Origin: Candidatus Poseidoniaceae archaeon
Lineage (GTDB): Archaea > Thermoplasmatota > Poseidoniia > Poseidoniales > Poseidoniaceae
NCBI GenBank assembly: GCA_943789275.1
Contig: CALSTM010000003.1
Location: 180,001 to 212,000 of the forward strand
Direction of reading: 5' to 3'
Length of the DNA stretch: 32,000 nucleotides
The position numbers were made by a program, and so were the translations under genes. The notes under the pieces were generated by a model. That model was not told the origin of the DNA, ran no database searches, and was given only the letters and a program-made list of their open reading frames with translations. This document shows positions 8,709-15,189 of the stretch, one piece after another (position 1 is the first letter of the stretch; every line of letters begins with the position of its first letter).

Positions 8709-9065
8709 ATGGAATGGAAAAATGCAGTGAAAACAAAGCGCTTGAAACCCGGCAAAACCAAGATGGTGACCTTTGGCGTCAAAACGGTCATGGTCGGACA
8801 AATTGGTGATGATTACTTCGCTACCGAAGGATTGTGCCGCCACATGCGCTGGCCACTGGCTTGGGGTGCTAAAATTGAAGACGGATGCATTCGATGCCCA
8901 TTGCACCAGACGACCTATCAAATCGATGACGGAGAGGTAACCGAATGGTCCCCGTTCCCGCTTTTCCCTCCGTACGGTAAGCTGCTTGGTAAATTATCCA
9001 AACAAAAAGATTTGAAAATCTACGAGACTCGAGTCGAAGGCGACTTTGTTCAAATCGAGATTTGA
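8709..9065 (+). CDS. Small Rieske [2Fe-2S] domain protein (NirD / Rieske-ferredoxin-like)
   Basis: Contains the C-R-H...C-P-L-H pair (GLCRHMRWPL and CIRCPLHQTTYQIDDGEV). An alternative GTG start at 8697 would overlap the SDR stop. Confidence 0.7.
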   Translation: MEWKNAVKTKRLKPGKTKMVTFGVKTVMVGQIGDDYFATEGLCRHMRWPLAWGAKIEDGCIRCPLHQTTYQIDDGEVTEWSPFPLFPPYGKLLGKLSKQKDLKIYETRVEGDFVQIEI

Positions 9066-9067
9066 AC

Positions 9068-9991
9068 TCAGACTTTCAGATTTGCTTGGCGAGCGAGTAA
9101 TACGATTCTCATGCTGTGCTCAAGCATGGCCGCATTTGACCACGCTTGGTCGAGATTGGCTCCAACCGCATAGGCTCCCATTCCCCGAACAACAACACAG
9201 CGCATGCCACCTTGATACAATGCTTCAGTAATTTGCTTCAGGAAGTCTGCAGGGTCTCCATCATCAGGGTCAACGATGATTACGTTACCAATTTGCTCTT
9301 TTCCAAGAACATCGATTGGCTGAACTAAGACGAGATCTTTCTCACAACTTGCTGCGGTGGTGTATGGGCCGTGCGAGTGGATTACCGCTGCAGGGCCGCC
9401 AGTTACAGCGCTGCTTGCCAGTGCTAGAATGACTTCCAATGTCCTCCAATCTGCTGGTGCACCTCGGGGCGCCGCTTTTCCAAGGAACCCCGCACACAAA
9501 CCTCGCTCATCAAGCCGCGGTAACATTACCCTGTTTCGAGTCGACACCATGATGCCCAGATTATCTGGATGCAACATGGCGATAGTGCCCATGGTGGCTC
9601 GAATGAGTTGTTCTCTGTCGAGTTGTCGAGCGAGACGGGCAAAGTCACTTACTATGTGAGCGCCGATGACAATGTCTTCGATGACCGCAGGCGGCATTGG
9701 GGGCGTCTCGAGTTCTTCGATAACATCAACCGCTCCAGCCATTGACATTCGTAGCCGTTCGACTTCAGCATTGAGGCGCGCGATCTCCTGTTCCGCTAGC
9801 GCCTGTTGCTCGTCGGTTGGATGAACGTTCATGTCCTGAACAGGTCGTTTTTCAGCAGATTTGACCTCGTCATTGACTGGTGAAACCTCGTGTTCAGGAA
9901 TACTTTCGTCTTTCTCCTCCACAACTTCAGCAGGAGGGTTTCCTTCAGGCTCTACTGGGGAGTCGGTAGGTGCTTCATCCGGAGTTGGCAT
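9068..9991 (-). CDS. Class II aldolase/adducin-fold protein with an acidic, coiled-coil N-terminal extension
   Basis: The C-terminal ~200 aa read AAVIHSHGPYTTAAS, MRCVVVRGMGAYAVGANLDQAWSNAAMLEHS. The reading frame stays open upstream of the ATG at 9991, up to a stop at 10184-10186, and there encodes more PSGP repeat. Confidence 0.75.
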   Translation of the reverse strand: MPTPDEAPTDSPVEPEGNPPAEVVEEKDESIPEHEVSPVNDEVKSAEKRPVQDMNVHPTDEQQALAEQEIARLNAEVERLRMSMAGAVDVIEELETPPMPPAVIEDIVIGAHIVSDFARLARQLDREQLIRATMGTIAMLHPDNLGIMVSTRNRVMLPRLDERGLCAGFLGKAAPRGAPADWRTLEVILALASSAVTGGPAAVIHSHGPYTTAASCEKDLVLVQPIDVLGKEQIGNVIIVDPDDGDPADFLKQITEALYQGGMRCVVVRGMGAYAVGANLDQAWSNAAMLEHSMRIVLLARQANLKV

Positions 9992-10611
9992 CTCTTCAAC
10001 GCTCTCCTCAGTCGCTGGTTCAGTGCTTTCCCCGTCTGCTGCAGGCGGCTCAGATGGTGGGCCGGATGGTGGGCCGGATGGTGGACCGGATGGCGGACCC
10101 GATGATGGGCGGGAAGGAGGATCAGAAGGAGGACCGGAAGGCGGACCCGATGGTCGGGACCCGATGGTGGGCCGGAAGGAGGATCAGAAGGAGGACCGGA
10201 TGGCGGACCCGATGGTGGAGTGGACGAGGGGGTTGAACTTTCGACCTCTTCATCGACTTGTTCAGATTTTTCATCAGCAGCCTCTTCAACGCTTTCCTCA
10301 GTCGCTGGTTCAGTGCCTTCTCCGTCAGCTGCAGGCGGCTCAGATGATGGACCGGATGGTGGGCCAGATGGTGGGCCGGATGGTGGACCGGATGGTGGCT
10401 GTGATGAAGGCCCAGGAGGAGGGCCACTTGGACTCGAAGGGGGTGATTCGAGGGGTGATTCTCCCTCACTTTCTTCTGTTGGGGTGGGAGCATCTTCTTC
10501 GGTTTTCTGCAACCCGCCAAGGTCGCCAAACGCAGCATCGAGTAGATTTCCGACGTGAGCATCTTTTTGTTCTTCTTTTGATTGTTCAGCAGATGTTTTT
10601 TTTCCCGCCAT
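9952..10611 (-). CDS. Acidic Pro/Ser/Gly-repeat protein; probably the 5' portion of the aldolase-fold gene, separated from it by a 2-nt frame disruption
   Basis: The first ~160 aa are (PSGP)n arrays plus acidic modules. The last ~60 aa (DHRVRLPVLLLILLPAHH...) look like out-of-frame read-through. The frame break coincides with a 14-nt unit (10149-10162) in a 12-nt periodic array. Confidence 0.5.
   Translation of the reverse strand: MAGKKTSAEQSKEEQKDAHVGNLLDAAFGDLGGLQKTEEDAPTPTEESEGESPLESPPSSPSGPPPGPSSQPPSGPPSGPPSGPPSGPSSEPPAADGEGTEPATEESVEEAADEKSEQVDEEVESSTPSSTPPSGPPSGPPSDPPSGPPSGPDHRVRLPVLLLILLPAHHRVRHPVHHPAHHPAHHLSRLQQTGKALNQRLRRALKRCQLRMKHLPTPQ
9992..10096. repeat. Copy A of a ~100-bp direct repeat (copy B at 10282-10386, offset 290 nt)
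   Basis: ctcttcaacgctctcctcagtcgctggttcagtgc...gcaggcggctcagatgg recurs at 10282 with only scattered mismatches (roughly 90% identity by eye). Both copies encode SEPPAADGE-x-TEPATEESVEE plus the start of a PSGP array. Confidence 0.8.
10053..10222. repeat. Coding tandem array of 14 units with 12-nt period (consensus GATGGTGGRCCG), one unit aberrantly 14 nt long
   Basis: Units were counted directly from the sequence. All are 12 nt except 10149-10162 (gatggtCGggaccc). Confidence 0.85.
10282..10386. repeat. Copy B of the ~100-bp direct repeat
   Basis: See copy A (9992-10096). Confidence 0.8.
10343..10414. repeat. Second coding tandem array (~6 units) of the same 12-nt repeat
   Basis: The units read gatgatggaccg, gatggtgggcca, gatggtgggccg, gatggtggaccg, gatggtggctgt, gatgaaggccca. 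Confidence 0.8.
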
Positions 10612-10644
10612 CGATAACGCCCCATACTGGCCACATGGCGCGGC

Positions 10645-10651
10645 TTAAATA
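10645..10651 (+). promoter_or_regulatory. Candidate TATA box (TTAAATA) for tRNA-Asp
   Basis: The A/T box lies about 30 nt upstream of the mature tRNA 5' end (10680) in an otherwise GC-rich spacer. Confidence 0.35.
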
Positions 10652-10679
10652 GCGGTTGCGTAACGGAAGTCTTGCATAG

Positions 10680-10751
10680 GCCCGCTTGGTGTAGAGGTTA
10701 TCATGCAGGATTGTCATTCCTGCGACCCGGGTTCAATTCCCGGAGTGGGCG
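10680..10751 (+). tRNA. tRNA-Asp (anticodon GTC)
   Basis: Hand-folded cloverleaf. The acceptor stem is GCCCGCT/AGTGGGC (one G-U pair). The anticodon stem is CAGGA/TCCTG with loop TTGTCAT. The T arm is CCGGG-TTCAATT-CCCGG. The discriminator is G and CCA is not encoded. Confidence 0.9.
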
Positions 10752-10813
10752 CCTATCTCTCCCTAACATGTTGTTAAACAGTGTTTGATATACTCACTTG
10801 AGAACATCGTGAC

Positions 10814-11773
10814 ATGGTCACCAAACCTAAACTTGCAGTCTCGTCGTGTTTACTCGGCCAGAAAGTTCGCTACAATGGAGATGCTGCGGAGTTCAGAGCA
10901 CTCACTCGCAAGTGGAACGGACATTTCGAACTTGTTGGCGTCTGCCCTGAAGTCGGAATTGGAATGGGCGTTCCTCGCCCAACGATTCGCTTGGTAAACG
11001 ATGGAAATTCCATTCGCCTCGTCAATCCCAAAAACAACGACGACTTCACAGACCGTATGCTGGAATATGCGCAACTTCAAGCCGATGTTTTGGTCGAATC
11101 AGGAATTTGCGGGTTTGTGTTCAAGAAGGATTCACCAAGCTGTGGCCTTGAACGGGTGAAAGTCTACCGAGAAGGCCACGTTCACGCTACACGCGACGGC
11201 AGAGGCATGTTTGCCAAAGTATTCACAACACTCTACCCGCACATCCCAGTTATCGAAGAAGGCCGCCTTACCGATGCACGGCAGGCTGAACATTACTTAG
11301 CACGCGTTCATTTCTTTTCACTGTGGCGAGAAGAAGGCTTGAACGGGTGGACTGCTCAAGCACTGATGCAGTTTCACAACACGAACAAACTCTTCCTCCT
11401 CAGCCGTTCCCCTGATGCAAAACGGCGTCTTGGCCGCCTTATTGCTGAAGGATTTGACAACGGAGACCGTGCAGAAACTGTTGCTTTGGCCTACATGACA
11501 GAGGCGCAACAATCCCTGAATGTACTCACGAAAAGTGGCCCAATTGCCCATGCGATGGAGCGCGTGCTGGGTAAGATTTCTCACAATCTTACCAAAGGCG
11601 AAAGGCAAGAAATGCTTGATGTGATCCATGATTTCCGACAGGGATTACTTCCACGCTCAGCCCCGTTAACCCTACTGCAGCACCACGTACGCAGGTGCAA
11701 CCTCGACACCCCAACGCATCGCCGATTTATGTCACCGATCCCACTTTCGCTCGGTCTGATGGCGAGAGTTTGA
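10814..11773 (+). CDS. DUF523 (TudS-like) plus DUF1722 fusion protein, YbgA-like
   Basis: The N-terminal part reads KLAVSSCLLGQKVRYNG...CPEVGIGMGVPRP...SPSCG, the DUF523 Cys pattern. The C-terminal helical half resembles DUF1722. Confidence 0.75.
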   Translation: MVTKPKLAVSSCLLGQKVRYNGDAAEFRALTRKWNGHFELVGVCPEVGIGMGVPRPTIRLVNDGNSIRLVNPKNNDDFTDRMLEYAQLQADVLVESGICGFVFKKDSPSCGLERVKVYREGHVHATRDGRGMFAKVFTTLYPHIPVIEEGRLTDARQAEHYLARVHFFSLWREEGLNGWTAQALMQFHNTNKLFLLSRSPDAKRRLGRLIAEGFDNGDRAETVALAYMTEAQQSLNVLTKSGPIAHAMERVLGKISHNLTKGERQEMLDVIHDFRQGLLPRSAPLTLLQHHVRRCNLDTPTHRRFMSPIPLSLGLMARV

Positions 11774-11777
11774 CGGC

Positions 11778-13199
11778 TCATTGATTTTTACGCTGTGAAC
11801 GATACTCTTCGAGTGCCTTTGCACGCATTCCTTCAAGGATTCCAACACTGTCCGTGATATCCGAAACAGTGATGTTGATGACCCAAAGTCCATAGTTGTG
11901 TAATCCGCTGTTGATTTCATGGATTAATCCTTGATAAAACCACTCTTGCGAGCGGTTGATGTCCTTAATGGTCATTGAGCGTATAGCCTTGGGGAATCTC
12001 TCTTCAATGATGGCACGAGTTCTTGCTTCAATCTCAGCCTCCGACAGACCGTTTAATTCTCGAGCGGCCGTATCCGATAGCGGGGGCTCTTCTCCCACGC
12101 CGACAACCAACCTCACGGGAATCGTCAACGGAACACTTTCCTTTTCCGGGATATCTTGAAAGTTGAAGTTGAGCGTCATTGGCTCGATGACACTCGGTGG
12201 GTTGGAATTACGCGTTAGTTCAAGAATTTTAATTTGGCAGGCGACAGCTCTTGCACCAACCTCTTTCAACTCCATACTCGCACCTGCTGCGAAGGCTTGA
12301 AAATTACGCCAGACAGGACGATCGAAACCTTCCCGCTCCGGGTCTTTGATATGTTCATAAACAAGCCATGTGAGAGTTTGCTCAATACCTTTTTTCAAGT
12401 ATATTTTCATCAAGTTGGCATATTCGTCATCCGATAAAGTCCGAAGATAGCGATAACGAGGGCTGGACCACTCCTCAAACGAACCGATGACATCTGGATC
12501 GGATTCTATACCGAATCGAGCCTCGTATTTTATCTGTGTGTGGTCTTTTTTCAACGTCCCCTCGCCGGCGACTGATATTTTGATGAGACAATCCATGTGA
12601 CGCTCCATAGGCGCAGCCACCTGTGAACTCGTTTCTTGAACGGCATGGTTCTCTTCGATTGTTGGAGAAAGGTTGAGGATTTGGAATCTGAGCAATTTCA
12701 ACCCATTCTCCTGCAATTCATGGCGGCAGCAGTTGTTGAGATGGTCCATAAAAAGGCCAGGCCTATGCTGATATGTGCCAGCATATCTTGGAGATTGTAT
12801 GGTTTGTTGAACGCCCCGCATGAGGGTCCCACGGACATCCTCTTCCAATCGACGCTGACGAAGTTCAACCAATTTAAACAACATGTCCGGTGTGAAGTTT
12901 TGGTCATCTGAAAAGTGAATTCCGATGGAGAGGTTTGAGTCGACGAGTTCTCCTGAGTGGGCTTTTGTTCTTGAGCGAAGATTGAACTCCATCGGCTCAA
13001 GTGAAAAAACAGCGTGGCGATGGTACATGGGCAGGAGAAACTTTCGACCGTTTCTGTAGACGATTGGCGTTTGTTCTTCACTGGTCGCTACGATGAGTAT
13101 CTGTTGAGGCCCGACTTTCACTGTGAACGAAATCGCCAGCAACCCGATGCCTAACAGCAGCAGAACGCTGAATACGATGGCGACAATCAACAAGTCCAT
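11778..13199 (-). CDS. Flotillin-like SPFH/band-7 domain membrane protein
   Basis: An N-terminal TM (LLIVAIVFSVLLLLGIGLLAI) is followed by VKVGPQQILIV...FLLPMYHRHAVFSLEPMEFNL, typical of the SPFH start, and then a long helical C-terminal region. The ORF track start is GTG 13229; I prefer the ATG at 13199. Confidence 0.65.
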   Translation of the reverse strand: MDLLIVAIVFSVLLLLGIGLLAISFTVKVGPQQILIVATSEEQTPIVYRNGRKFLLPMYHRHAVFSLEPMEFNLRSRTKAHSGELVDSNLSIGIHFSDDQNFTPDMLFKLVELRQRRLEEDVRGTLMRGVQQTIQSPRYAGTYQHRPGLFMDHLNNCCRHELQENGLKLLRFQILNLSPTIEENHAVQETSSQVAAPMERHMDCLIKISVAGEGTLKKDHTQIKYEARFGIESDPDVIGSFEEWSSPRYRYLRTLSDDEYANLMKIYLKKGIEQTLTWLVYEHIKDPEREGFDRPVWRNFQAFAAGASMELKEVGARAVACQIKILELTRNSNPPSVIEPMTLNFNFQDIPEKESVPLTIPVRLVVGVGEEPPLSDTAARELNGLSEAEIEARTRAIIEERFPKAIRSMTIKDINRSQEWFYQGLIHEINSGLHNYGLWVINITVSDITDSVGILEGMRAKALEEYRSQRKNQ

Positions 13200-13262
13200 G
13201 CTCTTCTCACACCGGAGTTTCCTTTTCACTTTATCGCGAATACCTCAACTGATTCTGCTTTC

Positions 13263-13269
13263 TTTATAT
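13263..13269 (+). promoter_or_regulatory. Candidate TATA box (TTTATAT) in the divergent flotillin / tandem-module intergenic region
   Basis: The A/T box lies about 40 nt upstream of the ATG at 13306. A GAGGAG Shine-Dalgarno-like element sits at 13292-13297. Confidence 0.3.
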
Positions 13270-13305
13270 CCAGTTGAAGATTTACCTTTACGAGGAGAGA
13301 TACCC

Positions 13306-13731
13306 ATGAGTGAAAAAACATACACCGTAGAAATTGCAGATGCCACTGGACACAGCGTTGTCGAGATGACCAAGACTGAACTGATAAGACAAGCTTCCAA
13401 CACCAAAGGAAGTTGGGTTTTTGTTGACAACAAGATGGTTGCCGCCGATGAATTGGCGAACACGAATTTTGACGACGCCCAGCACATCAGAATGGTTCCG
13501 GCCCTACAAGCTGGAAAAGACGAGAAAACATACACTGTAGAGATTGCAGATGCCACTGGACACAGCGTTGTCGAGATGACCAAGACGGATCTCATCAACC
13601 AAGCAACCAGTGCCAAAGGCAGTTGGGTGTTCGTCGACAACAAAATGGTCGCTGCGAATGAACTTGCAGATACAGATTTCGACTCTGCTCAGCACATCAG
13701 AATGGTTCCTGCATTGCAAGCAGGCCAGTGA
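13306..13731 (+). CDS. Small protein made of two tandem 70-aa modules (possible tandem beta-grasp / ubiquitin-like domains)
   Basis: The ATG at 13306 is preceded by GAGGAG. The 141-aa product is MS + [EKTYTVEIADATGHSVVEMTKT...HIRMVPALQAGKD] + [the same module ending QAGQ]. The ORF track extends the frame upstream to 13123, but that part is antisense to the flotillin 5' end. Confidence 0.75.
   Translation: MSEKTYTVEIADATGHSVVEMTKTELIRQASNTKGSWVFVDNKMVAADELANTNFDDAQHIRMVPALQAGKDEKTYTVEIADATGHSVVEMTKTDLINQATSAKGSWVFVDNKMVAANELADTDFDSAQHIRMVPALQAGQ
13312..13728 (+). repeat. Coding tandem duplication, 2 x 210 nt (13312-13521 and 13522-13728)
   Basis: Direct alignment of the two copies shows about 59 of 69 aa identical, with perfect nucleotide blocks of 44 nt (13333-13376 = 13543-13586) and 20 nt. 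Confidence 0.9.
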
Positions 13732-13815
13732 GCCGTTTCGGCCCTAAAATCGAACGTTCTTGGAGGGACACCTTCAAGAAAGGGTGGCCGGTCGCGTAGT
13801 TTGGAGACGAATAGA

Positions 13816-13965
13816 ATGGTTGAACTTGTTGATTACAAATGTGCAGTCTGCGGAAACCTCGAATCCTTCCACCGCGAACGTAACGGAATCAGCTGCAAAT
13901 CTTGCGGCTCTCGCATCTTCATGAAGTTGCGTCGAACCGGTACGAAGCGACTCAAGGCAGAGTGA
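13816..13965 (+). CDS. rpoP: DNA-directed RNA polymerase subunit P (Rpo12 / RPABC4 homologue)
   Basis: 49-aa ORF below the ORF-track size cut-off: MVELVDYKCAVCGNLESFHRERNGISCKSCGSRIFMKLRRTGTKRLKAE. It has the Y-x-C-x2-C-G...I-x-C-x2-C-G-x-R-I zinc-ribbon pattern and a basic tail. GGAG lies 10 nt upstream. Confidence 0.8.
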   Translation: MVELVDYKCAVCGNLESFHRERNGISCKSCGSRIFMKLRRTGTKRLKAE

Positions 13966-14021
13966 GGATTCAGTCCTTTCTCGCGCAGGGTTGAAAGACC
14001 GCTGACGGTAAGAGTGAATCC

Positions 14022-15167
14022 ATGTCATCTTGGCTTACTGACAAAGCACCGCTTCTTTTTGAAGAGTTGTTGCTACCAGAGGCCGTCCGTACCAGCATTA
14101 CTCGCACATCGCTTCAAGCAAATCCCCCTCATCTCCTTTTTTCAGGTCCATCAGGGGTCGGCAAGACCGCCACTTGGCGCTTGATGGCGCGTCAAGTTCT
14201 TGGCCCAACTTGGGAGGCACGAACTCATATTCTTCAAGCTCGCGACTTGGCGAGAACTTCAGGCGCAATGGGAAAATTCGAAGAATTTCTACGGCCCGAG
14301 GGCAGCGGCTCAGACGATACACTTGCAGGTCGAACCAGCCTTGACGCCTTTGATCACACGTTTTCCGCAACAGCGGCCAACACGCCCCCTCCTGCCGGAG
14401 CCGAATGCGAACACTCTGCCGGACAAAGAGCAGCAGTATCTCGCCTCATCATCATCGAAGATGCGGATTATCTGGGGACAATACGCCAATCGTATCTGCG
14501 CCGAATGATGGAGGTGAGCAGTGGCAGCGCCCGGTTTATTTTCACCGCCCACACGCCTTCACGCATCATTGAAGCATTGCGCAGCAGAACCCAACACATT
14601 CGCCTTCCAAAAATCAACCGATCTCTCATTGAATCACGCCTGATGCAAATTGTTCAAGAAGAGAATCTCACTCCCGTTCGCGGCATTATTGGAGACATTT
14701 CACACGTGTCCTCAGGCAATGTTCGTAAGGCTATTTTCATCATGGAACTCCTTACGCACCGAGACCTTCTTGGTGACAGGAAAAACCTGCAAAACCTGCT
14801 TGCAGCAACATCTCTGCGAGAAGTGCAACACATCTTGGAAGAAGCCTTGCGTAATCGAGTCCACGACTGGCGTTGGGAAAAAGAAGGTAACAAGAACAAA
14901 CGCGTCCTCAAGGGTGCAATGGGCGTTTTGGACCAAGTGATGTCAGAGAATAATCTCGAGTCCGAAGATATCGTCGAACAATTTCATTTGTTGTTGACCG
15001 AAGGACGTCTCCATCTTGATGAGAACATTCTTTCTGAGATACTCGTGGCCCTTTCGGCGTGTGATGTCGCGCTCCATCGAAGTATGCAAGGGCGAATTGA
15101 ACTGGAACGATTTTTGTTTCAAGTTGCCGACATTGGTCAACGGATGAATGCTGCGAAAGCGTCTTGA
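14022..15167 (+). CDS. rfcS: Replication factor C (clamp loader) AAA+ subunit, divergent small-subunit-like
   Basis: Walker A reads LLFSGPSGVGKT and the Walker B region reads RLIIIEDADYL. The sensor region reads ARFIFTAHTPSRIIEALRSRTQHIRL, with SRT where RFC small subunits have SRC. A C-terminal helical collar is present, as is a ~40-aa low-complexity insertion between Walker A and Walker B. Confidence 0.65.
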   Translation: MSSWLTDKAPLLFEELLLPEAVRTSITRTSLQANPPHLLFSGPSGVGKTATWRLMARQVLGPTWEARTHILQARDLARTSGAMGKFEEFLRPEGSGSDDTLAGRTSLDAFDHTFSATAANTPPPAGAECEHSAGQRAAVSRLIIIEDADYLGTIRQSYLRRMMEVSSGSARFIFTAHTPSRIIEALRSRTQHIRLPKINRSLIESRLMQIVQEENLTPVRGIIGDISHVSSGNVRKAIFIMELLTHRDLLGDRKNLQNLLAATSLREVQHILEEALRNRVHDWRWEKEGNKNKRVLKGAMGVLDQVMSENNLESEDIVEQFHLLLTEGRLHLDENILSEILVALSACDVALHRSMQGRIELERFLFQVADIGQRMNAAKAS

Positions 15168-15189
15168 CAACCTGTACGCTGGAACGGTT

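Noticed and set aside
10040-10230. G-run-rich + strand (GGTGGG...GGTGG) as a potential G-quadruplex element
   Set aside because: The G-tracts are mostly 2-3 nt and are fully explained by the Pro/Gly codon repeat on the coding strand. Nothing suggests an independent function.
9861-10652. Long + strand ORF (263 aa, Gly/Pro/Asp/Ser-rich), together with other overlapping ORFs at 9890-10105, 9970-10236, 10220-10558 (+) and 10122-10634 (-)
   Set aside because: These are shadow frames of the 12-nt periodic repeat. Any frame of such a repeat stays open. The minus-strand PSGP/acidic frame is contiguous with the aldolase-fold ORF and is the only one with a sensible non-repeat N terminus.
13245-13643. 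132-aa minus-strand ORF that also shows an internal repeat
   Set aside because: It is antisense to the tandem-module gene. Differences between the two DNA copies fall mostly on third codon positions of the + frame, and the + frame has an ATG with an upstream GAGGAG, so the + strand is coding.
10053-13728. Possibility that the tandem repeats (12-nt arrays, 2 x 210 nt) represent a CRISPR array or a minisatellite outside genes
   Set aside because: There is no repeat-spacer architecture. The repeats are directly abutting, in frame and coding, and no cas genes are present.
13774-14028. 84-aa minus-strand ORF
   Set aside because: It is antisense to a much better supported 49-aa RpoP zinc-ribbon gene (13816-13965, + strand). 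No motif is recognisable in the 84-aa product.
14250-14450. Possible intein in the RFC-like gene, since archaeal RFC genes sometimes carry inteins
   Set aside because: The extra segment is only ~40 aa of low-complexity sequence. It has no intein splice-junction residues or endonuclease blocks.
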